Origin: Candidatus Saccharimonadota bacterium
Lineage (GTDB): Bacteria; Pseudomonadota; Gammaproteobacteria; Enterobacterales; Enterobacteriaceae
Direction of reading: 5' to 3'
DNA: 32,000 nucleotides
Assembly: GCF_004296535.1 (NCBI RefSeq)
Contig: NZ_AP018159.1
Coordinates: forward strand, 120,001 to 152,000
The notes under the pieces were generated by a model. That model was not told the DNA's origin. It did not search any database and saw nothing but the letters and a program-made list of their open reading frames with translations. How positions within the stretch are numbered: position 1 is the stretch's first letter; every line of letters begins with the position of its first letter. A program made the translations under genes and the position numbers. Below are positions 25,991-32,000 of this stretch, piece after piece.

Positions 25991-26473
25991 TTATTTATTT
26001 ATTAATAAGTATTTTATATTTTTATTTCTTTTTCTTGATAAATATTGTATAGATTTTATTTTTTTTATTGCTATAATAGTTGCTTTTACTACATTTATTG
26101 GATTTGTAGAACCATATATTTTAGTGATAATATTTTTTATACCAGATAATTGAAATATTAATCTTACAGTGTTACCTGCTATTATACCAGTACCTTTTGA
26201 AGGTTTTATTAATACTTTAGATTTTATATATTTTCCATAAGATTCATAATATATACTCTTATTAGAATTAATATAAATATCTATTATATTTTTATACGCA
26301 TTATTTATAGATTTTTGTATTGATATAGGAGCTTCTTTAGATTTTCCATAACCAAATCCAACTTTTCCATTTTGATTACCCACTACAGTTAAAGATGAAA
26401 AACTAAATATTCTACCTCCTTTTACTGTTTTTGAAACTCTTTTTATAGATATTAACTTTTCTATAAACTCCAT
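25991..26473 (-). CDS. rpsE: 30S ribosomal protein S5
   Basis: 160 aa; RVxKxVKGGRxFxFxxLxVVGxxxGxVGFGYGKxxExxxxIxK, GTGIIAG. Confidence 0.95.
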   Translation of the reverse strand: MEFIEKLISIKRVSKTVKGGRIFSFSSLTVVGNQNGKVGFGYGKSKEAPISIQKSINNAYKNIIDIYINSNKSIYYESYGKYIKSKVLIKPSKGTGIIAGNTVRLIFQLSGIKNIITKIYGSTNPINVVKATIIAIKKIKSIQYLSRKRNKNIKYLLINK

Positions 26474-26511
26474 AATTATTATTAAATTTTTTCGTATATA
26501 TTTTTTATTTT

Positions 26512-26886
26512 TTAAAATATTAATCCATTATTTCTAGAACTATTTGCTAAAGATTTTATTCTTCCATGAAATTTAAATCTAGATCTATTAAATATAACTT
26601 TTTTTATGTTTTTTTCAATTGCTCTTTTTGCTATTATTTCTCCTATTATTTCTGCTGATTTTCTATTCCCTGTATATATTTTTTTATCTATTAAAAGTTT
26701 TAATATTTTTTTTTCTGTAGTAGAAGCATAAACTTCTATTTTAGATTTATCCACAGATAATATTTTAGCATAAATATGCCTTGATGTTCTATAAACAGTA
26801 AATATATTTGTATTTTTATTTTTTATTTTTTTTTTTATTTTTTTAGATTTTATTTTGTTATGAATAAATTTATTTTTAATTTTCAT
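26512..26886 (-). CDS. rplR: 50S ribosomal protein L18
   Basis: 124 aa; RxSxHIYAxxxSxDxSKxxxxAST, FxRxxxxxHGRIKxLAxxxRxxGL. Sits between rplF and rpsE. Confidence 0.9.
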   Translation of the reverse strand: MKIKNKFIHNKIKSKKIKKKIKNKNTNIFTVYRTSRHIYAKILSVDKSKIEVYASTTEKKILKLLIDKKIYTGNRKSAEIIGEIIAKRAIEKNIKKVIFNRSRFKFHGRIKSLANSSRNNGLIF

Positions 26887-26889
26887 ATT

Positions 26890-27453
26890 TTATTTAACTT
26901 TTTTAGATTCTTTTAAAAATATTTTTTGTCCTAAATATCTTACACCTTTCCCTTTATAAGGATCAGGTTTTTTTAAATTAAATATATCACTAGATACTTG
27001 CCCTACAAATTGTTTATCTATTCCATTTATAGATAATTCAATGTTATTTTTACAAATTATATTAATATTATTAGGTATTTTATATAAAATACTATGAGAA
27101 AATCCTAAATTAAATATTAAAAAATTATCTTTTAACTCAACTTTATATCCTATTCCATATAATATTAAATTTTTGGTATATCCTATATCTACTCCTATAA
27201 TTGCATTTTTTATTAAAGATATATATGTATGAATTAATGATTTAATATTTATTCTAAAATAATTATTAATAGGATTTATAATTATTTTTTTATTGTATAT
27301 ATTTATTTCTAAAAATTTATTAAATAATATATTTATTTTACCCAATTTACCACATACAGATATAATATTATCTTTTTTTATATCAATATTTATATTGTCT
27401 GGTATTAATAAAATATTTTTTATTTTTTTATTTTTTTTTATATTTTTTATCAT
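26890..27453 (-). CDS. rplF: 50S ribosomal protein L6
   Basis: 187 aa; C-terminal KPxPYKGKGxRY plus the GYxxxLxLxGxGY pattern. Canonical spc-operon position. Confidence 0.9.
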   Translation of the reverse strand: MIKNIKKNKKIKNILLIPDNINIDIKKDNIISVCGKLGKINILFNKFLEINIYNKKIIINPINNYFRINIKSLIHTYISLIKNAIIGVDIGYTKNLILYGIGYKVELKDNFLIFNLGFSHSILYKIPNNINIICKNNIELSINGIDKQFVGQVSSDIFNLKKPDPYKGKGVRYLGQKIFLKESKKVK

Positions 27454-27467
27454 TTTATTTTATTTTT

Positions 27468-27854
27468 TTAATATACATAACATATAGCTTCTCCGCCTAT
27501 ATTAAAAAATCTAGCATCTTTATGAGTCATAATTCCTTTAGAAGTAGAAATAATTATTATTCCATTTTTAATACTTATTTTTTTTATTTTATTAATATTA
27601 TAATAAACTCTTAAACTTGGTTTACTTATTAATATAATATCATCTATTACAGAATTATTTTTATAATACTTTAAATTTATTTCTATAATATATTTTTTAA
27701 ATATATTAAATTTGTTTATATATCCTTCTTTACAAAGAATATTTAATATATTTTTATTTATTTTTGAATTAAAACAATATATATTTTTCTTTTTATTAAA
27801 TTTTGTATTTTTAATTCTAATAAACATATCTGATAATGTACATTGTATATTCAT
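27468..27854 (-). CDS. rpsH: 30S ribosomal protein S8
   Basis: 128 aa; DMxxRIKN, xxxLxxEGYIxxF, SKPSLRVY, STSxGxMTxxxARxxxxGGExxCYV. Confidence 0.93.
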   Translation of the reverse strand: MNIQCTLSDMFIRIKNTKFNKKKNIYCFNSKINKNILNILCKEGYINKFNIFKKYIIEINLKYYKNNSVIDDIILISKPSLRVYYNINKIKKISIKNGIIIISTSKGIMTHKDARFFNIGGEAICYVY

Positions 27855-27861
27855 TGTATAT

Positions 27862-28167
27862 TTACCAACTAGATTTTTTTAATCCTGGAATTAATCCTAA
27901 CATAGCCATTTCTCTTAGTTTTATTCTACTTAATCCAAATCTTCTTAAATATGATCTTGATCTTCCTGTTATATAACATCTATTTCTTATTCTTATTTTA
28001 CAAGAATTTTTAGGAAGCTTTTGTAATTTTAACATAGATTCCCATCTTTCTTTTTCTTGTATATTTTTATTAGATATTATTTTTTTTAAATACAATCTTT
28101 TTTTATAATATTTATTATATAATAATATTCTTTTATTATTTCTAAATATAATTGATTTTTTTGTCAT
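27862..28167 (-). CDS. rpsN: 30S ribosomal protein S14
   Basis: 101 aa; RxRNRCxxTGRxRxYxRxFGLSRIxLRExAxxGxIPGxxKxSW. Confidence 0.95.
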   Translation of the reverse strand: MTKKSIIFRNNKRILLYNKYYKKRLYLKKIISNKNIQEKERWESMLKLQKLPKNSCKIRIRNRCYITGRSRSYLRRFGLSRIKLREMAMLGLIPGLKKSSW

Positions 28168-28178
28168 TTTATTTTTTT

Positions 28179-28721
28179 TTAATTTTCTATTTTTAATGGA
28201 AAATTTAATAATTTTAAAAGTTCTAAAGATTCACTAATTTTTTTAGATTTTATTGAAATACAAATATCTAATCCCTTCATATTATTAGATTCATTATAAT
28301 CAACTTCAGTAAAAACTATCTGTTCTTTTATACCGAAATTATAGTTTCCAAATTTATCAAAAGATTTAATTGATAATCCTTTAAAATCTCTTATTCTTGG
28401 AATAGTTATATAAATTAGTCTATCAATAAATAACCACATATTATATTTTCTTAATGTAACTTTACAACCTATAACAAAATTTTCTCTTATTTTAAAATTA
28501 GATATTGATTTTTTTGATTTTGTTAGTATAGGTTTTTGACCAGATATTAAAGATATATTTTTTATATATTTATTCAATATATTTTTATCTGAAGCTAAAT
28601 GTCCTATTCCTATATTTAATGTTATTTTATATATATATGGAACTTCCATTATAGATTTATAATTAAATTTTTCCATCATATTATTAATAACATAATCTTT
28701 ATATAATTTTAATATACTCAT
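28179..28721 (-). CDS. rplE: 50S ribosomal protein L5
   Basis: 180 aa; matches xxxLxxYxxxxxxxMxxxFxYxSxMxVP, GQKPxxTxxKKSIxxFKxRE, LRxxxMWxFxDRL, RDFxGLSxKSFDxxGNYxFGIKEQIxFxE. Confidence 0.95.
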   Translation of the reverse strand: MSILKLYKDYVINNMMEKFNYKSIMEVPYIYKITLNIGIGHLASDKNILNKYIKNISLISGQKPILTKSKKSISNFKIRENFVIGCKVTLRKYNMWLFIDRLIYITIPRIRDFKGLSIKSFDKFGNYNFGIKEQIVFTEVDYNESNNMKGLDICISIKSKKISESLELLKLLNFPLKIEN

Positions 28722-28729
28722 AAAAAAAA

Positions 28730-28951
28730 CTACTTTATTAAAGTAACATTAGATATATGAATTTTAGATTCAATATAAATAATTCCACCAACTCTATTTA
28801 AATTAGGTGAAGGTTTAACATGTTTTTTTACTAATTTTACATTTTCTACAAATACAAAATTATTTTTTATTTTTATTATTTTACCAATTTTTCCTTTATC
28901 TTTTCCATATATAATTTTTACTACATCATTTAATTTTATTTTATATTTCAT
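28730..28951 (-). CDS. rplX: 50S ribosomal protein L24 (C-terminally short, 73 aa vs 104 in E. coli)
   Basis: IKxxDxVxxIxGKDKGKxGKI, VENVxLVKKHxKP, GGIxxxExxIxxSNV. Confidence 0.9.
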   Translation of the reverse strand: MKYKIKLNDVVKIIYGKDKGKIGKIIKIKNNFVFVENVKLVKKHVKPSPNLNRVGGIIYIESKIHISNVTLIK

Positions 28952-28977
28952 AATAAATAAAATGTTAAAGATTAAAA

Positions 28978-29352
28978 TTATAAAACTTCATTTGCTAATG
29001 ATATTATTTTCATAAAATTTTTATCTCTTAACTCTTTAGTAACAGGACCAAATATTCTTGTTCCAATAGGTTGTAATGTTTTATCATTTAATAATATACA
29101 AAAATTATTATCAAATTTTATAAAAGTTCCATCTTTTCTATATATTTTTTTTTTAATTCTTATAATTAAAGCTTTTAAAACTTCTCCTTTTTTTACTTTA
29201 CTCTTATTATTTAATATTTCTTTAACAGATATTTTTATAATATCACCTATATATGCATATTTTTTTCTAGATCCTCCTAAAACCTTAATACATAATACTT
29301 TTTTTGCTCCAGAATTATCAGCAACATATAAAATACTTTGTTCTTGTATCAT
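28978..29352 (-). CDS. rplN: 50S ribosomal protein L14
   Basis: 124 aa; [45 protein letters not shown], [13 protein letters not shown]. Confidence 0.97.
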   Translation of the reverse strand: MIQEQSILYVADNSGAKKVLCIKVLGGSRKKYAYIGDIIKISVKEILNNKSKVKKGEVLKALIIRIKKKIYRKDGTFIKFDNNFCILLNDKTLQPIGTRIFGPVTKELRDKNFMKIISLANEVL

Positions 29353-29363
29353 AATTTTATTTT

Positions 29364-29615
29364 TTAGCTATTTATTTTTTTATATAGAATCCATGATTTA
29401 GTTTTTGATATTGGTCTAAAATATCTTACTAAAATTATATCTCCTATATTAGAAATATTATACTCGTCATGAATTTTAATTTTAATATTAAGTTTTATAT
29501 TTTTTTTATAAAGATTATGTTTTTTAATTCTTAAATAAGAAGCTATAATAGACTTATTTCCATTTTTTTTTATAACACAGCATTTTAAAAATTTACATAT
29601 TTTCAAATTATTCAT
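29364..29615 (-). CDS. rpsQ: 30S ribosomal protein S17
   Basis: 83 aa; matches HDExNxxxxGDxxxxxxxRPxSKxKxW. Canonical position between rpmC and rplN. Confidence 0.88.
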   Translation of the reverse strand: MNNLKICKFLKCCVIKKNGNKSIIASYLRIKKHNLYKKNIKLNIKIKIHDEYNISNIGDIILVRYFRPISKTKSWILYKKINS

Positions 29616-29619
29616 TTTT

Positions 29620-29802
29620 TCATTTTTTATTATTATTTTTTTTTTTATATGAAATCATCATTTTTATCCTTGCTATATTTTTATTATTTTTTTTTATTAA
29701 ATGAGTTTTTTTTAAAAGATTATTAGCTAATTTTATCTTTAATTTAATTTTATTATTTAACATCATTAATAATTTGTTATAAACATTTTCATTATATTTC
29801 AT
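29620..29802 (-). CDS. rpmC: 50S ribosomal protein L29
   Basis: 60 aa, K/N-rich. The call rests mainly on its position between rplP and rpsQ, its size, and a weak match to the L29 helical pattern. Confidence 0.7.
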   Translation of the reverse strand: MKYNENVYNKLLMMLNNKIKLKIKLANNLLKKTHLIKKNNKNIARIKMMISYKKKNNNKK

Positions 29803-30205
29803 ATAATCTTTTTTTCATAAGTATTATTTTTATTGGTAATTTAAAAGAAGCGTGTTTACAAGACTTATTCGCTAATTTTTCATCAACATTATCTATTTCA
29901 TATAATATAGATCCAGGTTTTATAAAAGAAACCCAATATTCTAAATTTCCTTTTCCTTTTCCCATTCTAACTTCTAATGGCTTTTTTGTAAAAGGTTTAT
30001 CTGGAAATATTCTTATCCATATCTTACTTTCTTTTTTTAAAATTTTAGTTATAACTCTTCTTGTAGATTCTATTTGAAAAGAAGTTATTCTTCCACTTTC
30101 CATAGAAACTATGGCAAATGAACCAAAATTTATAAACATATTTAAAATTCCTTTTGTCTTACTTTTATGACATTTAGTATATTTTGAATTTTTTGGTTGT
30201 AGCAT
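29792..30205 (-). CDS. rplP: 50S ribosomal protein L16
   Basis: 137 aa; MLQPKxxKYxKxxK, GxxxxxxxExGRITxxQIExxRRxITxxxKxxxKIWIRIFPDKPxTKKPxExRMGKGKGxxEYWV, KPGxILYE. Confidence 0.96.
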   Translation of the reverse strand: MLQPKNSKYTKCHKSKTKGILNMFINFGSFAIVSMESGRITSFQIESTRRVITKILKKESKIWIRIFPDKPFTKKPLEVRMGKGKGNLEYWVSFIKPGSILYEIDNVDEKLANKSCKHASFKLPIKIILMKKRLYEI

Positions 30206-30218
30206 ATTTTTTTTTTTT

Positions 30219-30845
30219 TTAAAAAATCATTCCTTTAAATACCCAAACTTTTATTCCAATTATACCATATGTAGTTTTACATATTGAACAATTATAATCT
30301 ATATTAGATCTTATTGTGTGTAATGGAATTCTTCCTTCTTTGTACCATTCTGATCTTGCTATATCCGAACCTCCTAACCTTCCACTTATTTTAATTTTTA
30401 TACCTAAAGCTCCATATTTCATAGATTGTTGTATATATCTTTTAATAACTTTTCTAAATGATTTTTTTTTTTTTATTTGAAAAGATATATTTTCAGAAAT
30501 TAATTTTGCATCTAATTCGGGATTTTTAACTTCAAAAACTTTAATTAAAGTTTCTATTTTTGATATACCACTAATTTTATTTTTTAACTTTATTAAATCT
30601 TCTCCTTTTTTACCTATTATAATTCCTGGTTTAGAAGTATATATATTAATAATAATATTACTAGATAATCTTTCTATTATTATATTTGATATTGGAACTT
30701 TATGTAAATAAATATTAATAAAATTTCTTATTAAATAATCATTTCTTAAATTATCTAAAAATTTTTTTTTATCTGAATACCATATAGAATTCCAAAATTT
30801 ATTTATTCCTAATCTAAATATTATAGGATTAACTTTTTGTCCCAT
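30219..30845 (-). CDS. rpsC: 30S ribosomal protein S3 (C-terminal tail shortened)
   Basis: 208 aa; MGQKVNPxxxRLGIxKxWxSxWY, KPGIIIGKKGEDIxxLK-like, RLGGxxIARxEWYxEGRxPLHTxRxxIDY. Confidence 0.96.
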   Translation of the reverse strand: MGQKVNPIIFRLGINKFWNSIWYSDKKKFLDNLRNDYLIRNFINIYLHKVPISNIIIERLSSNIIINIYTSKPGIIIGKKGEDLIKLKNKISGISKIETLIKVFEVKNPELDAKLISENISFQIKKKKSFRKVIKRYIQQSMKYGALGIKIKISGRLGGSDIARSEWYKEGRIPLHTIRSNIDYNCSICKTTYGIIGIKVWVFKGMIF

Positions 30846-31185
30846 CTTTTTTTTTAATATTTAATTTTATTATTATATGACTAGTTCTTTTTTTTATATA
30901 ATTAACTCTACCTTTTGCTCTAGGAAAAACTTTTTTTATATAAGGCCCTTTATTAATTAATATTTTTTCTATAAATAAATCATTAATATTTATATTATAA
31001 TTATTTATTGCATTAAATATAGCAGATTTTAATGCTTTATTTATTAAAAATGAAGATTTTTTGTTAGATAAAGATAATATATGCATATTTTTTTCAGCAG
31101 ACAATTTTTTATTTATAGAATTGGCAACAATTCTTAATTTTAAATCAGAAGATTTAGCAAATTTGTACTTTGAATATATATTCAT
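30829..31185 (-). CDS. rplV: 50S ribosomal protein L22
   Basis: 118 aa; SxxKxRxVAxxI, LxSAxxNAxxN, LxIxxxxxxxGPxxKxxxPRAKGRxxxIxKRTSHI. Overlaps rpsC by 17 nt. Confidence 0.92.
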   Translation of the reverse strand: MNIYSKYKFAKSSDLKLRIVANSINKKLSAEKNMHILSLSNKKSSFLINKALKSAIFNAINNYNININDLFIEKILINKGPYIKKVFPRAKGRVNYIKKRTSHIIIKLNIKKKDGTKS

Positions 31186-31192
31186 ATATTTT

Positions 31193-31474
31193 TTATTTTT
31201 TATTTATTTTTTTATTTTTTGTAATATGCCCTTTATATGTTCTAGTAGGTGAAAATTCTCCTAATTTATGACCAACCATTTCTTCAGTTATATACACTGG
31301 TATATGCTTTTTACCATTATGAACAGCTATAGTTAGACCTATCATTTTAGGAAAAATAACAGATCTTCTAGACCAAGTTTTAATTATTTTATTATCTTTA
31401 TTTTTTAATAAATTATCTACCTTTTTTATTAAATGTAAATCAATAAAAGGACCTTTTTTAACAGAACGAGACAT
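31193..31474 (-). CDS. rpsS: 30S ribosomal protein S19
   Basis: 93 aa; MxRSxKKGPFIDxHLxKKV, [53 protein letters not shown]. Confidence 0.97.
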   Translation of the reverse strand: MSRSVKKGPFIDLHLIKKVDNLLKNKDNKIIKTWSRRSVIFPKMIGLTIAVHNGKKHIPVYITEEMVGHKLGEFSPTRTYKGHITKNKKINKK

Positions 31475-31479
31475 AAATT

Positions 31480-32000
31480 TTATTTTTTTCTTTTTTTAAT
31501 GATGAATTTATTTGTTCTTTTATTTTTTCTAGTTTTTTTACCTTTAGTTTTAATACCTAAAGGTGTAACAGGATGTTTACCAAAATTTTTTCCTTCACCA
31601 CCTCCATGAGGATGATCAACAGGATTCATAGCTGTTCCTCTAACTGTTGGTCTTGTTCCTCTCCATCTATTAGCTCCCGCTTTTCCTAAAGATTGTAAAA
31701 ACATTTTTTCATTTCCTACTTCTCCTATAGTAGCTCTACAAGAAGAAAGAATTTTTCTTATTTCACCAGATTTTAATTTTATTATAGAATATTTTTTATC
31801 TTTAGATAATAATTGAGAATAAGATCCTGCGGATCTAGATATTTTACCTCCTTTCTTTGGTAACATTTCTATATTATGTATATTAGTTCCTATAGGAATA
31901 TTTTTTATCTCCATACAATTTCCTATTTTTATATCAACTTTACTTCCAGATATAATTTTATCTCCTATATTTAAATTTTTTGGTAATAAAATATATTTTT
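31480..32000 (-). CDS. rplB: 50S ribosomal protein L2, 5' part beyond the window edge
   Basis: C-terminal [37 protein letters not shown]. L2 homology continues upstream of the track's ATG at 31914 (..[33 protein letters not shown] vs E. coli ..[31 protein letters not shown]), so the gene runs off the window. Confidence 0.95.
   Translation of the reverse strand, partial: KYILLPKNLNIGDKIISGSKVDIKIGNCMEIKNIPIGTNIHNIEMLPKKGGKISRSAGSYSQLLSKDKKYSIIKLKSGEIRKILSSCRATIGEVGNEKMFLQSLGKAGANRWRGTRPTVRGTAMNPVDHPHGGGEGKNFGKHPVTPLGIKTKGKKTRKNKRTNKFIIKKRKK

Noticed and set aside
31912-31914. ATG at 31914 as the start of rplB.
   Set aside because: L2 homology continues upstream of this Met to the window edge, so it is an internal Met. 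The gene is 5'-truncated by the window.
1-32000. UGA-to-Trp recoding (genetic code 4), as in some tiny-genome symbionts.
   Set aside because: All 47 genes are full length under the standard code, and the conserved Trp positions I checked are TGG. The only two TGA codons seen in frame sit at the expected C-termini of mnmG (1667-1669) and rluD (7046-7048). A code-4 genome this AT-rich would be peppered with internal TGA.
1-32000. tRNA, rRNA, CRISPR arrays, IS elements, prophage or toxin-antitoxin/defence genes.
   Set aside because: There are no GC-enriched islands of tRNA or rRNA type in any intergenic gap, and all gaps are 168 nt or shorter. I saw no regular repeat-spacer structure, no transposase or integrase-like ORFs, and no unassigned ORFs. 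Every ORF has a housekeeping homolog.
1-32000. Promoter (-10 TATAAT-like) and intrinsic terminator predictions.
   Set aside because: TATAAT-like hexamers occur everywhere at this composition, and no GC-rich stem-loops followed by T-runs are visible. Any call would be noise.

Overview
Extremely AT-rich (by eye about 85-90% A+T, not computed), very compact window, about 96% coding by my tally of the gaps. It holds 47 protein genes and I saw no tRNA, rRNA, CRISPR or mobile elements. The content is housekeeping and shikimate/tyrosine-pathway genes. Local gene order is collapsed Escherichia coli-type synteny: mnmG, murB | rpsP-trmD-rplS-aroF-tyrA-rluD | aroK-aroB | pth-lolB / prfA | ydjM / thrS-infC-rpmI-rplT-pheS-pheT-sufS-sufE | def-fmt / rplQ-rpoA-rpsD-rpsK-rpsM-rpmJ-secY-...-rplB. 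This is the signature of a tiny-genome gammaproteobacterial insect endosymbiont. Retention of aroF-tyrA, aroK-aroB and murB alongside loss of pheA fits a tyrosine-provisioning symbiont such as Nardonella, but that cannot be confirmed from this window. The genetic code is standard: all homologs are intact under code 11 and conserved Trp residues use TGG. There is no obvious novel multi-gene system. The most interesting signals are gene-internal. (1) trmD is broken by a +1 frameshift at a CCC-AGG-A site inside its conserved IPGV motif, which is the type of site whose slippage TrmD's own product (m1G37 on tRNA-Pro) suppresses. This could be an autoregulatory recoding site, a sequencing error or a young pseudogene. 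(2) TyrA keeps a position-perfect chorismate mutase domain, but its prephenate dehydrogenase half has lost the Rossmann glycine motif, the catalytic His and the prephenate-binding Arg. (3) LolB lacks a lipobox cysteine. (4) ThrRS lacks the TGS domain and appears to lack the editing-site residues. (5) sufS-sufE is retained without sufABCD at the locus. (6) The uncharacterised membrane hydrolase YdjM is retained. All homology calls are by-eye alignments to remembered E. coli sequences; no searches were run.
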